Assembly: GCA_964612745.1 (NCBI GenBank)
Contig: CAZTCH010000002.1
Coordinates: 1,009 to 65,008, forward strand
Direction of reading: 5' to 3'
Length of the DNA: 64,000 bases
Source: an uncultured Candidatus Saccharibacteria bacterium
Lineage (GTDB): Bacteria > Patescibacteriota > Doudnabacteria > UBA920
In this document: positions 9,522 to 19,126 of the stretch, in pieces
Numbering within the stretch: the stretch's first letter is position 1
How the letters are laid out: every line of letters begins with the position of its first letter
Made by a program: the position numbers and the translations under genes
The notes under the pieces: generated by a model
Told to the model about the DNA's origin: nothing
Seen by the model: the letters and a program-made list of their open reading frames with translations, nothing else
Databases searched by the model: none

Positions 9522-9685
9522 AAATGAATGAATTATATAAACATAAAAAAGTACCGCACAATCGTACGTGTACTTTTAAACCATTTTATATGTATAAATA
9601 AAAATGCCCATAGAAATTCTAGGCCTGCTTCACCAGGTCAGAGCTTCTACGAGCTTCGTTACTTACAGTATAGCAAATAAAAATG

Positions 9686-10192
9686 CTACACCACAATTTC
9701 TATCCCCACAAAAAACATAATTGCACCTTTTGTATCTAAAATTGGTGACACCAAAAGTTCTACGTCGTACAGCTCTCCACTTTTCTTTTTGTTCGTGATA
9801 TGTAATTTCACAGATGTCTTTTTTTCAGTCATCTGCTTCCACATGTCTTTGTAAAATGCTTCTGGCATATGACCGCCCCACAACTCAGAAGGGCGCTTCC
9901 CCACCGCCTCATGCATTTGGTAGCCAGTAACTTTTTCTACCGCAGCGTTTATAAATAAAATTACTCCGTGTGCGTTGGTAATAATTACTTGCTCAATAGT
10001 ACTTTCTAATATCCGGTTCAAAGTACCACACCGCACGCACTTAATCTCCGGCCCAGTAGTGCCTTGGTCTTTCGCCAACATCTTACCGCACTTCATGCAC
10101 CGAAATTCTTTCGAATCGTGCATGAGCACCTGCGGCAAAAAACTTGCACTGCTCGTAGCATCTACATTTGTATTGATATTTTTTTCTGTCAC
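9686..10192 (-). CDS. PAS domain protein with N-terminal zinc ribbon
   Basis: CMKCG....CVRCG followed by PAS-like core. Confidence 0.5.
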   Translation of the reverse strand: MTEKNINTNVDATSSASFLPQVLMHDSKEFRCMKCGKMLAKDQGTTGPEIKCVRCGTLNRILESTIEQVIITNAHGVILFINAAVEKVTGYQMHEAVGKRPSELWGGHMPEAFYKDMWKQMTEKKTSVKLHITNKKKSGELYDVELLVSPILDTKGAIMFFVGIEIVV

Positions 10193-10524
10193 ACAGTTGT
10201 GTTAAAGGCTGCCCTCTTACCGCTTGCGCACACTTTGCATTGTCGTGCTTTCTTTGCTTGCAAATTTTACCTTTGTTCTACTGGTAGTATAGTGCTACTT
10301 TTTTTGCATTACAAGCCCGTACACAAATATAGACGCACTCCACAGAGGGCAAATAAACCTTTCGCTCAAAAGTCAACACTTTTCGTTACTACGCGCGCCT
10401 GGTAACGAAAACAGTACAAAGATACATTTGCATTGGTTATTAAACCTGCAAACTGAGCATCTTCACTTCTCTTTAATGTGAAATTGTCATACTTCCTTCG
10501 CTATTAACAGTACACTATACACAT

Positions 10525-10986
10525 ATGCCACACTCATTTGCCGTGCTGCGCAAAGACCATCGCGCGGTCGAAGAGCTGTTCAAACAACTAGAAGACACAA
10601 CTGAACGAGCGGAAAAAGGTCGGACTGAACTGTTCGCGGAACTGAAAGAACTTTTGGACCAGCACACCGAAATAGAAGAAACCATTCTCTACCCTGCACT
10701 AGAGAAAGTAGAGCTCACCCACGACGCCACTTTAGAGGCAGAAGAAGAGCACAACGTGGCAAAAACATTATTAGCAGAACTGGAAGCAAGCGACCCCACC
10801 ACGGAGCACTGGACCGCCAAGCTAACCGTGCTCAGAGAAAGTATTGAGCACCATGTAGAAGAAGAGGAGAATGAATTGTTCCCACAAGCAGAGAAAGCAC
10901 TAGACCAAGACACGCTTGCTGAGCTGGAAGAGCAGCTCAATAAGGAGAAAGAAAACTCGGATAGCATTTTAGAAGAAATCTTGTAG
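10525..10986 (+). CDS. Hemerythrin-like metal-binding domain protein
   Basis: H..E...H....E spacing typical of hemerythrin HHE; only + strand gene in the array. Confidence 0.55.
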   Translation: MPHSFAVLRKDHRAVEELFKQLEDTTERAEKGRTELFAELKELLDQHTEIEETILYPALEKVELTHDATLEAEEEHNVAKTLLAELEASDPTTEHWTAKLTVLRESIEHHVEEEENELFPQAEKALDQDTLAELEEQLNKEKENSDSILEEIL

Positions 10987-10998
10987 ATAGACGAAAAA

Positions 10999-11035
10999 AC
11001 ACCCTGACATTCCCTGAATGCTAGGGTGTTTTGTA
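10999..11035 (+). terminator. Terminator hairpin caccctgacattccctgaatgctagggtg then a T-run
   Basis: Direct reading. Confidence 0.5.
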
Positions 11036-11065
11036 TTCTGGATGAATCCTAGCTTTATTTCTAGC

Positions 11066-11689
11066 CTACACACCTAGCAATATTCGCAGGTTTTCAAAAT
11101 GATGCAGAAACGAGTACAGAGCAAAATACGCATAGGCAAACCCAGGAAGCATGAACAGCAGGGCAACCAGCACTAGTCCGCCGGACCTGTTTACACTTGG
11201 CTTGTTAACAGGGTGGAAAGCTGCAATAAGCAACGCAGACCCCAAAAAGTGAGCGTATGCAGCAACGGAACCAAAAAATCCAATCAAAATAAAAGCTTGA
11301 TACCATTCGGGTAGACCCCCAACCGCATACACCAAAATAGCCAAAGCCAAATCCAGAACAAAAAAATACGCTAACTCTTTTATCAGTTTTTCTGCTGAGT
11401 TTCGATACTCCACATCTACTGCAGCCATTTTTGTGGTATCAAATGTTACCTTGTGTCTTTTTGCAACAATTCTATGTATGATCTCGTACTCAAATGCGCT
11501 CAGACCAAAAAGTAAAATAGTTGTTAGAAAAACGTTTGGCAAAATACTGTTGAGGTACGGTGTAATAGTCGCAAAGAAAAACAAACCTGTGCAATAGGCC
11601 AACACCCTCACAGACACAACCAAGTACCCACTCAAAACCGCCACGGCTTTACTCTTTTCAAAATCCGAACTCACAATCTCCTGCTCCAT
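11066..11689 (-). CDS. Hypothetical polytopic membrane protein
   Basis: Multiple hydrophobic helices. Confidence 0.4.
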   Translation of the reverse strand: MEQEIVSSDFEKSKAVAVLSGYLVVSVRVLAYCTGLFFFATITPYLNSILPNVFLTTILLFGLSAFEYEIIHRIVAKRHKVTFDTTKMAAVDVEYRNSAEKLIKELAYFFVLDLALAILVYAVGGLPEWYQAFILIGFFGSVAAYAHFLGSALLIAAFHPVNKPSVNRSGGLVLVALLFMLPGFAYAYFALYSFLHHFENLRILLGV

Positions 11690-11743
11690 AAATAAAATAT
11701 CTTAAAACTTCTGCTGACTATTTAAGTATACCCCCATAGCTAC

Positions 11744-11765
11744 TTACGAAGATGGCCATGGTAAC
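11744..11765. repeat. Array repeat R2 ttacgaagatggccatggtaac (2 mismatches), 3 bp after the NUDIX stop
   Basis: Sequence match. Confidence 0.7.
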
Positions 11766-11770
11766 ATCTG

Positions 11771-12268
11771 TTATCTAAAATCGTTTGGATTAAAATAATC
11801 TTTAAGACCATTTGTTTGCTCGCAAAGTTCAATAGAGTTAAGCTCCTCTTTTGAAAAAAATCCGACTTCTTCACACTCGTCTGTAGGGGTAAACTCCAAA
11901 CTTTCTATCTCAATCTGATAAGCCAATACGAGGGAGTAATACCAATCCATGCTCCTACTATTTTCAAATCGCCATGTCCAAGCATACACTGGTTTTTCAG
12001 AAATCTTTTTTATCTGCATACCCGTCTCCTCCTCAATCTCACGCTTAAGTCCATTTTTTATATCTTCGCCAAAATCTAACCCTCCTCCTGGAAGCTCCCA
12101 CTCCCCACCTAGCTTTTGAGATTCTTTGAGTAATAGAATTTTACCTTCTTTAACAAAAATACCTTTTACAGAAACTCTGTAAAAGCTGTCGGGGAAATCT
12201 TTAGATTTATGAAGTGATGTCATATGTTTAATACTCGTATTATTAGCAATAATAGCACACAAACGCAA
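11771..12268 (-). CDS. NUDIX hydrolase
   Basis: Nudix box GGGLDFGEDIKNGLKREIEEETGM. Confidence 0.7.
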   Translation of the reverse strand: MRLCAIIANNTSIKHMTSLHKSKDFPDSFYRVSVKGIFVKEGKILLLKESQKLGGEWELPGGGLDFGEDIKNGLKREIEEETGMQIKKISEKPVYAWTWRFENSRSMDWYYSLVLAYQIEIESLEFTPTDECEEVGFFSKEELNSIELCEQTNGLKDYFNPNDFR

Positions 12269-12462
12269 TTTAGAATTTTGTGGTAATACCTACGTCGCCC
12301 TTCAACGAACCACTGTATAGCTTAGTGATCGTCGTCATGACGGCAGCCCTCTTTGGCTGTACTCATACTCAACCCAGCCTGGTCAGAATATCAATTTGGA
12401 TACTTAAAATTCTTTATCCATCTCTACAATTTTTAGCTCATCAGCAGAGAATAATCTTTTCG

Positions 12463-12484
12463 TTACGAAGGTGACCATGGTTGC
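12463..12484. repeat. Array repeat R3 ttacgaaggtgaccatggttgc (3' end degenerate)
   Basis: Sequence match. Confidence 0.65.
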
Positions 12485-12588
12485 GGTGACAAAAAGTTTC
12501 TTAGTTTTTTGTCGCAATAAAAAATGCCCGAAGTCTTTTTAAGAACTCCGGGCCAACATCGTGTTCGGGTATTATCTGGATAGCAATT

Positions 12589-13182
12589 CTATAACTCTAT
12601 TGCTTTCCAAAAACCACCTTCAATTGGAAGCTTGCCAGTCCTACACCAGCTGGTAAGCACATCACTATAGTACGCCTCCCAAGCCTGCATTTGAACTTGC
12701 GCCCACATATCTGAATCCTCCACAAGCGAGTTGGGGCAACCTGCTTTATTGTGAACATTTAGATACAAATACCTACTAGTACGAGAGCGAATATACCAGT
12801 AGATACATTTTTGGGGCTGGCTTGGCAAGGAACATCCTTTAAGGGTGTAAGCCTTAGTTTTGCCACAGTCGATGATTCCTCGTAGATTCGCAACCCCTTT
12901 CCGAACCAAAGCTTGATAGCCGTGTACAATGTCTAAGTCGTTCTGAGAGAGACCACGCGACAGCTCCGGCGATTGTCCATAAAAAGGGAGAAACATTGCA
13001 AAATTCAGGATGCCGGATTTTTGCCCGGATCGAACAATGTCACAGAGTTCCCCGCTCATGTACGGCACGGAAGTGCAAGTGGCACCCACAAAGACTGGCT
13101 TTCCTAGCGTTAGGAGCCTAGTAAGAGTAAGCACCATGCCATCGGGGGAAACCACTTTCTCTTTACGAAATTTCATATCCAC
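12589..13182 (-). CDS. Hypothetical protein (cassette cargo)
   Basis: 197-aa ORF between R3 and R4. Confidence 0.35.
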   Translation of the reverse strand: MDMKFRKEKVVSPDGMVLTLTRLLTLGKPVFVGATCTSVPYMSGELCDIVRSGQKSGILNFAMFLPFYGQSPELSRGLSQNDLDIVHGYQALVRKGVANLRGIIDCGKTKAYTLKGCSLPSQPQKCIYWYIRSRTSRYLYLNVHNKAGCPNSLVEDSDMWAQVQMQAWEAYYSDVLTSWCRTGKLPIEGGFWKAIEL

Positions 13183-13380
13183 CTCCTCGAAGTTTGAATT
13201 CTAATATTAAATCATATTTTCTAACTTTAGTCAAGTCTTTGACGCTCAATACGACTTCTAATACACTCGGATTACAAAAAATACGATCTGCAATCCTATT
13301 TTTGCAAAAATCGAAATATGATCCGGGAATTTTTAGGGTGCCATAAAGAAAATACGCACGTAACCGATTTAGTGCCTCGC

Positions 13381-13402
13381 TTACGAAGATGACCATGGTA
13401 AC
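13381..13402. repeat. Array repeat R4 ttacgaagatgaccatggtaac
   Basis: Sequence match; the 93-aa ORF 13163..13444 reads through it and is probably spurious. Confidence 0.75.
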
Positions 13403-13453
13403 GGGTTCCATACTTACTAAGGCGGGCACATGACAGAAAAACACCTAACACTA

Positions 13454-13493
13454 AAAGCCAACACTTTTCACGGCCGGGAAAAGTATTGGCTTG
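13454..13493. repeat. Hairpin family copy H2 (imperfect) aaaagccaacacttttcacggccgggaaaagtattggctt
   Basis: Same loop and stem ends as H1. Confidence 0.6.
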
Positions 13494-13550
13494 AAAGTTG
13501 GGTTAGTTGCAAGCAAATCCTCCCCCACTCCCACAAATTTACCAAATTTA

Positions 13551-13592
13551 AAAAGCCACTAGTTTTCACGGCCGTGAAAACTAGTGGCTTTT
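13551..13592. repeat. Hairpin family copy H3 aaaagccACTAGTTttcacggccgtgaaAACTAGTggctttt
   Basis: Stem differs from H1 by compensatory changes on both arms. Confidence 0.7.
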
Positions 13593-13616
13593 GGCGCTAG
13601 GCACGCATGGTAGAGA

Positions 13617-14006
13617 CTAGGACATTTTTGTGCACAGTTCAACCAAAAAGCCGTTTATGTCCGCAACATAGGCAATTGTTTGCCCCCACGGTTTTTGCTC
13701 TGGCTCTTTCACAACCTTTGCACCTGCTTGAGTTGCTTTGCTAAATGCAGCCGCAAGGTCTTCTACCACAAATGCAATTTCTGCTGGAGGTGGTAACATG
13801 CCTGCATCACTCTTTGCAATCGCCACGCCGTTGTACTCCGCTATGCTGTATGATGCAAACGCAAGCGTGGTGCCACCAGTTTCTAACTCGGCATAGTCTT
13901 TTTCTGGAGTAATAAATTTTTGGGCAAACCCAAACGCGTCAACATAAAAAGCAATCGTCTTTTCGACATCTGCTACGTAAAGAATTGTGTATCCGTATGT
14001 AATCAT
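13617..14006 (-). CDS. VOC/glyoxalase-bleomycin resistance family protein
   Basis: Two beta-alpha-beta-beta-beta modules. Confidence 0.6.
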   Translation of the reverse strand: MITYGYTILYVADVEKTIAFYVDAFGFAQKFITPEKDYAELETGGTTLAFASYSIAEYNGVAIAKSDAGMLPPPAEIAFVVEDLAAAFSKATQAGAKVVKEPEQKPWGQTIAYVADINGFLVELCTKMS

Positions 14007-14046
14007 ATTGGTATTTTACCACAACGCACACAGCTCTACATCTTGG

Positions 14047-14068
14047 TTACGAAGGTGATCATTGTAAC
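14047..14068. repeat. Array repeat R5 ttacgaaggtgatcattgtaac (preceded by TTGG)
   Basis: Sequence match; about 5 bp after the AlkD-like stop. Confidence 0.7.
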
Positions 14069-14073
14069 CATGT

Positions 14074-14844
14074 CTAGCGCTGGGCGTGTTTAAGAATCCA
14101 CGTAGTATGCTCGTTTTTGGAACGCGACCAGCGCGCGACAACTTTTTGCGCTTCTTTGGGATTCACTTTCAGCCAGTCGCGCAAATGATTTGCCACAGAC
14201 TTTTTTACGAACTTCACACTGTCTTCTTTGAGTAATTCGAGTATTTCCAAAACTGGTTTCGGGTTTTCGCTCCACACGTCCAGCTTGGGTGCCCAAGGTA
14301 GTTTTGGACGCAAGCCTTCGCTGGCAAGCCGCCGCAAATGAAAATTTTTACTCTTTGCCCACCGCGCACACACCGCAAGCGTTTGCACTGGGTAGGCACG
14401 AGCAAAAGGACGGATAGCGTACTCCCCCGTGTTCCGCTTAGTTATTTCTTCTAGAACTTGCATGGAAACCCGAAAGTGCGCCACACCGTATTTTTCTACA
14501 AACTTACCCACGGGCATGAGCCAGTAGTAGTTAGTGAACATGCCGGTCTCGTGTGGATTTTCCGGACCTAAAATCTGCATGAGCACTGCCAGTGCTGCAG
14601 GATATGACTCTGGCAAATACCGCTGCAAGTTGTCTGCAATAATTTCTACCCGCGCTGTATATGTTTTGCCTACCACTTCTTTTTTCACACTCGCACAAAA
14701 CGCTTTTTTCTGAAACTCGGGATACACCACAACCAACTTGTCTGCCAACAATAGTGCCAGACTCTCCCCAAACGCATCGGTAATAGAATATTTCCCCGTT
14801 TCCGGATTTTTAAAACTATGCTTCTGCACCTCTTGTTTCGCCAT
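14074..14844 (-). CDS. DNA alkylation repair enzyme (AlkD/AlkC-like HEAT-repeat glycosylase family)
   Basis: HEAT-like repeat composition (C-terminal VKFVKKSVANHLRDWLK). Confidence 0.5.
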   Translation of the reverse strand: MAKQEVQKHSFKNPETGKYSITDAFGESLALLLADKLVVVYPEFQKKAFCASVKKEVVGKTYTARVEIIADNLQRYLPESYPAALAVLMQILGPENPHETGMFTNYYWLMPVGKFVEKYGVAHFRVSMQVLEEITKRNTGEYAIRPFARAYPVQTLAVCARWAKSKNFHLRRLASEGLRPKLPWAPKLDVWSENPKPVLEILELLKEDSVKFVKKSVANHLRDWLKVNPKEAQKVVARWSRSKNEHTTWILKHAQR

Positions 14845-14930
14845 ACTACTCCCCTGCTTTACTTACTTCTACTGTACCACACCCTTCAACCCTAATGAAG
14901 GCGGGCTTATATCAGAAAAGCACACAAATC

Positions 14931-14970
14931 AAAAGCCAACACTTTTCACGGCCGTGAAAAGTGTTGGCTT
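14931..14970. repeat. Hairpin family copy H4 aaaagccaacacttttcacggccgtgaaaagtgttggctt, followed by a degenerate R-like gaagaaggtgaaaggtaagcc
   Basis: Identical to the H1 core. Confidence 0.7.
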
Positions 14971-15026
14971 GAAGAAGGTGAAAGGTAAGCCAAAAACGAG
15001 CATTCGCACTCCAAAATTACCTGCAT

Positions 15027-15070
15027 GAAAAAGCCATCAGTATTCACGGCCGTGAATACTGATGGCTTTT
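15027..15070. repeat. Hairpin family copy H5 aaaaagccATCAGTAttcacggccgtgaaTACTGATggctttt
   Basis: Third distinct covarying stem variant. Confidence 0.7.
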
Positions 15071-15556
15071 AGTTTTATGATTGGGATGGGTGTAGATAGA
15101 GCGTGCACGGTAACGGGCTAGGCGCGCAATCCAGGGTTTTTTGCTGCGAGTTGGAGTACTTTTTTTTAGTCCCACAAGATTCACGTCTTCCAGCTTTTTA
15201 AACCGTATGCAGCTTTTACCCACACTAACCTTGCCTAGTTCTGTTGCATGCTTTTCGGCAATGTACTGACCTGCCTCCAAAGCACACACATACACGCTTA
15301 CGTACTGCTTCTGGTTGGCCAGCGCAACAACGGGCCACTGCACTGTCTCTTTTTTGTGATTCAAGTATGGGAAACTACCATACCCCAGCATGTTAGACGC
15401 CATGTGAGGCTTTAGTTTTGGCACAGCCTTTTGGATAAATTCGTGCAAAAACAAAATAAGCTCTTTCCGCTCTGCCGGAACCGCCGCAAGATACTCTTTA
15501 ACCGATTTCGCTTCTACGGGTTTAAACATGTTCATATGTACTGGGTTAGCCAACAA
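15044..15556 (-). CDS. DUF1801 (YdhG-like) domain protein
   Basis: N-terminal composition; C-terminus overlaps hairpin H5. Confidence 0.4.
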   Translation of the reverse strand: MLANPVHMNMFKPVEAKSVKEYLAAVPAERKELILFLHEFIQKAVPKLKPHMASNMLGYGSFPYLNHKKETVQWPVVALANQKQYVSVYVCALEAGQYIAEKHATELGKVSVGKSCIRFKKLEDVNLVGLKKSTPTRSKKPWIARLARYRARSIYTHPNHKTKSHQYSRP

Positions 15557-15616
15557 TGCGTACAGTATATCCTAAAAATTACGTTCGAAGTATTGCCAGC
15601 ATGCCCCTACCTTTGG

Positions 15617-15638
15617 TTACGAAGGTGACCATGGTAAC
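15617..15638. repeat. Array repeat R6 ttacgaaggtgaccatggtaac (perfect, preceded by TTGG)
   Basis: Sequence match. Confidence 0.8.
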
Positions 15639-15643
15639 AGATT

Positions 15644-16204
15644 CTAGCTTTGCAGGTGGGACACGTCGTTCCAAAACATAATGCGCCACTTCCCTTTTTC
15701 TTCGTTAAACATACATTTTGAAATGCCACAATTATCCATGACGAGAGATTCATCAAAACTTTGGAGCAAGCTTTCAGTCAGCCCATCACCCAACATACAG
15801 TACGCAACCAAAGCTTTAAAAAATGCAGCATGACCTACAAGAACATTGTGTTTTGTTGAAAGACTTTCCAGAAAGGTCTTTGTCTCTATCAAGCGTGCAT
15901 GCAACTCCGAGTAACCTTCTGCGTAGCCATAGGCGCCATCGGTAAACTTACCGCGACGCTCCTTTAGACATACTTTTACTTGGGACCGCACACCAGTTAC
16001 TTTTTCTATCTCCGCCGCGGTCTGAGCCGCTCTGGTAATTCCTGAATGGTAGATTGAATCAATAGCAGCATGCCCAAAACGCTTCGCAACCAAAGTTGCC
16101 TCTGAAGCACCTTTTTCAGTCAGCGGATCTTCCGCCCCTGCAAAATTAGTATCTACATTCGACATGCATTCACCATGCCGAATGAAATAATAGTATTTTC
16201 TCAT
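15644..16204 (-). CDS. Histidine phosphatase (phosphoglycerate-mutase-like) family protein
   Basis: IRHGE catalytic RHG motif. Confidence 0.6.
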   Translation of the reverse strand: MRKYYYFIRHGECMSNVDTNFAGAEDPLTEKGASEATLVAKRFGHAAIDSIYHSGITRAAQTAAEIEKVTGVRSQVKVCLKERRGKFTDGAYGYAEGYSELHARLIETKTFLESLSTKHNVLVGHAAFFKALVAYCMLGDGLTESLLQSFDESLVMDNCGISKCMFNEEKGKWRIMFWNDVSHLQS

Positions 16205-16225
16205 TTCTTGCCTTGTTCTTATTGG

Positions 16226-16247
16226 TTACGAAGGTGACCATGGTAAC
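16226..16247. repeat. Array repeat R7 ttacgaaggtgaccatggtaac (perfect)
   Basis: Sequence match. Confidence 0.8.
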
Positions 16248-16251
16248 AATA

Positions 16252-17049
16252 TTATAGACTAACCAACTTATGCTTTACTTTGCTGCCCAACCACTTTTGA
16301 CTTAGCTTTTCATAATGCTCTGTTAAGTCAGTCACCCTCAGATCAATTTTCTTGCGTCTACTTAGTACCTTTTCAATCTCCGGATGTTTTTGCAAGTATG
16401 ATTTTAATTTAGCGGGCACAATGTCATCTTGGGATATTATCTGTATGCCCTTGCCAACAACGCTGCGAATCCCTCTCTTCAATATCGGATAATGAGTACA
16501 ACCTAATACTATCGCCTCAACTTTTTGCTTTAAAAGCGGTTTCAGATATTCACGAAGGATTGGCCCTGCCCACTGCAACCCATCGTTCTCGATAAGTGGA
16601 ACTAGTAAGGGCGCTGCTTGCTGATACACCTTCACATTCGGCTTTATTTTTTTAAATTCTTCCACAATAGCATTCGAGCTAACTGTGGCTTGCGTTGCCA
16701 ATACGCCAATACGACTACTACCTATCTGAACAGCTGTTTCAACCGTGGGAACAATTACACCTAACACCCTTCTATCCGGATAATACTTTGGTAAATATTC
16801 ACGTTGTATCCTACGTAATGCTCTTGTTGAAGCAGTGTTACAAGCCAAGATAATTAACTTGCAATCATTCTGAAACAAATACTCAACAGCTTCCAATGTA
16901 AACTGATATATTGTTTCTTGTGACCGACCACCATAAGGTACTCGCTTAGTGTCTCCTAAGTAAAGATAATCATACTGAGGTAGCTGCTTCGAAATACTTT
17001 TTAGTAAAAGCAAACCGCCTACACCACTGTCAAATATGCCTATTTTCAT
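16252..17049 (-). CDS. murI: Glutamate racemase
   Basis: IFDSGVGGL motif; the ORF-track N-terminus MVTFVTKNK is translation of repeat R8, so the true start is at MKIGIFDSG. Confidence 0.7.
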   Translation of the reverse strand: MKIGIFDSGVGGLLLLKSISKQLPQYDYLYLGDTKRVPYGGRSQETIYQFTLEAVEYLFQNDCKLIILACNTASTRALRRIQREYLPKYYPDRRVLGVIVPTVETAVQIGSSRIGVLATQATVSSNAIVEEFKKIKPNVKVYQQAAPLLVPLIENDGLQWAGPILREYLKPLLKQKVEAIVLGCTHYPILKRGIRSVVGKGIQIISQDDIVPAKLKSYLQKHPEIEKVLSRRKKIDLRVTDLTEHYEKLSQKWLGSKVKHKLVSL

Positions 17050-17074
17050 TCCGGTATCATACCATAAAATTAAC

Positions 17075-17506
17075 TTATTTTTGGTTACGAAGGTGACCAT
17101 GATAACGGGGGTTGAACTGTTGTGGAAAGCGCTTGGTTGATATGCCTAACTTGTTCAAAATCAGCCCCGATACCTTAAAACAAAGAGGATACAGCAACAC
17201 GACAATTGCGATGTTCACATATTCATTCGCAAAAAGCTCTGGCCCTGCTAAAAGAGCCAGCAGCGCTAAGCATCCGAAATACAAAGTATGATATAGCAAT
17301 CTACCAAGCATACCCCAACGCCCCACCCGGGCTTCGAAAAATGCCACAGTATACAGCAGCAGTGTGAAGACCAAAATATACACCCAATACTGACTGACGA
17401 GCCGCACAACAATCCCCCACACTATTCTGTACCCCTCACGCAATCCAGTGTCCATTAAAGATGGTAAAGCCTGAGCCACCTGCGCTACTTCATTTGTTTG
17501 TTGCAT
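17075..17506 (-). CDS. Hypothetical membrane protein (C-terminus reads through R8)
   Basis: Hydrophobic helices. Confidence 0.35.
   Translation of the reverse strand: MQQTNEVAQVAQALPSLMDTGLREGYRIVWGIVVRLVSQYWVYILVFTLLLYTVAFFEARVGRWGMLGRLLYHTLYFGCLALLALLAGPELFANEYVNIAIVVLLYPLCFKVSGLILNKLGISTKRFPQQFNPRYHGHLRNQK
17085..17106. repeat. Array repeat R8 ttacgaaggtgaccatgataac
   Basis: Sequence match. Confidence 0.75.
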
Positions 17507-17517
17507 ATCCTATTTGG

Positions 17518-17539
17518 TTACGAAGGTCACCATGGTAAT
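17518..17539. repeat. Array repeat R9 ttacgaaggtcaccatggtaat
   Basis: Sequence match. Confidence 0.7.
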
Positions 17540-17563
17540 CAAAACTCAGAATGAAGCACTTAG

Positions 17564-18145
17564 CTAACCACTAGAAACAGCCTCGCCACTAACAATCTTT
17601 TCTAAAACCTTACGCGCTTTCTCTGAATGCCCCAAAGCAAGCTTACGAATTACTCCTAAATTTTCCGGATTGTTCATAGGAAGCGTACTTGTTGCAGAAA
17701 ATAAAAAATTTAAACTTGCTACCACCTCAGCAAGAGTTTTAACTATGTCCTCATTCTGAGTACTTAATGCCAATGGCGTACTTAAACCATTTAAAGCCTG
17801 TGAAATGTTTGAAATATGCTGGTTAAATCGGTGCGACGTGTCTTTGGTCACCCACCCCGGAGAGTATTCTTCCATTGTACTATATATTAACTTTGCATCA
17901 AGGTTACTCCCATCGTGCAAACTAATTTGCCCAAGATAGTCTTGCATGGCAACATTAATTAACGTCAAAAGACTAACGGCAAGATCGTGCACTTTTTCGT
18001 TCCTTAAGGTTTCAATATCAATCTTCTTTTGCTTCCTATATAACCAAACACCGGAGTATGCAATTATTAAACCAGCAAATAAAGTTCCCACAAATGTATT
18101 ATCTGCAGTCTGTGCTAGAGCATTAGAAAATGTATTTATATCCAT
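17564..18145 (-). CDS. Hypothetical protein with N-terminal TM helix
   Basis: ORF only. Confidence 0.35.
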   Translation of the reverse strand: MDINTFSNALAQTADNTFVGTLFAGLIIAYSGVWLYRKQKKIDIETLRNEKVHDLAVSLLTLINVAMQDYLGQISLHDGSNLDAKLIYSTMEEYSPGWVTKDTSHRFNQHISNISQALNGLSTPLALSTQNEDIVKTLAEVVASLNFLFSATSTLPMNNPENLGVIRKLALGHSEKARKVLEKIVSGEAVSSG

Positions 18146-18190
18146 AAGCGACTAATATACAATCAAGTAACAGTACCACTCACGTGCATC

Positions 18191-19126
18191 CTACCTTTGG
18201 TTATGAATGTCACCATGGTAACGGACATGGGAGCTTATATTTTTGGGGAGGAGTTTCTGTGCTAGTAATTCAAAAGTAATGCCTGCGGCCTTGGCAGCTT
18301 TGGGTAGTAAGCTTTCCGAAGTGAGTCCTACGCCACAAGGGGTGTTTATCTCCAAAATATAGAGCACACCATCTTGCAATATAAAATCAGCCCGAGAATA
18401 ACTACCCAGCTGTAAATCTTTGTGAATTTTAAGAGAAATAGCCTGCGCTTTCTTTTGAACCCCCACATCTACAGAAGGAGCGAATGGAATTTCTTTAGCC
18501 ATGCCTGAATACTTGCTTTTGTAATCAAACCACTTTCCATTTGGCGGTACAATCTCAACCACGGGGAGTGCTTTTCCATTTAACACTCCAACTGTTATTT
18601 CAACACCAATAAGCTGCTTCTCCGCATACACACGACAGGGAAGTTGGAGGATTTTCTTCACCAAAAAGCCAGAGAGGTCTTTTAGCTTGTGTAATATTAC
18701 TACTTCATGAGACGAACCCCCATAAGTAGCCTTAAGAACGCAGGGAAAACCAAACTTAATTATATCTTGCTTTGTTTTAACAATTTTCCATGGAGCAGTT
18801 ACAATACTATTTCTATCACAATATTGCTTAAAAAGAATCTTATCAAAAGCAATCTTTGCTCCTTTGGGCTCTGAACCAACATAAGGTATTTTAGAAGACT
18901 TTAGGAATCTGTAGAGAGTACCATCCTCCCCTTCTCTGCCGTGCATTACCGGGAAGGCTACATCACACACTTTTATGGCAGAACGTAACTCAGAATAACC
19001 TCGTTTAAAGTCAAACACCTGCACTGCGTGGCCATTTGATATCAATGCCTTTTTAACCATACTTGCTGAAAGCAAGGAAATTTTTCGCTCTGATGAAGAT
19101 CCGCCAGTAATAATCAAAATATTCAT
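18191..19126 (-). CDS. ddl: D-alanine--D-alanine ligase-like ATP-grasp enzyme
   Basis: N-terminal MNILIITGGSSSERKISLLSA and ATP-grasp-like C-terminal half. Confidence 0.6.
   Translation of the reverse strand: MNILIITGGSSSERKISLLSASMVKKALISNGHAVQVFDFKRGYSELRSAIKVCDVAFPVMHGREGEDGTLYRFLKSSKIPYVGSEPKGAKIAFDKILFKQYCDRNSIVTAPWKIVKTKQDIIKFGFPCVLKATYGGSSHEVVILHKLKDLSGFLVKKILQLPCRVYAEKQLIGVEITVGVLNGKALPVVEIVPPNGKWFDYKSKYSGMAKEIPFAPSVDVGVQKKAQAISLKIHKDLQLGSYSRADFILQDGVLYILEINTPCGVGLTSESLLPKAAKAAGITFELLAQKLLPKNISSHVRYHGDIHNQR
18201..18222. repeat. Array repeat R10 ttatgaatgtcaccatggtaac
   Basis: Sequence match. Confidence 0.65.

Noticed and set aside
13163-13444. 93-aa ORF spanning repeat R4
   Set aside because: Its middle is simply the translation of the conserved repeat, and the rest is low-complexity. 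Likely non-coding spacer.
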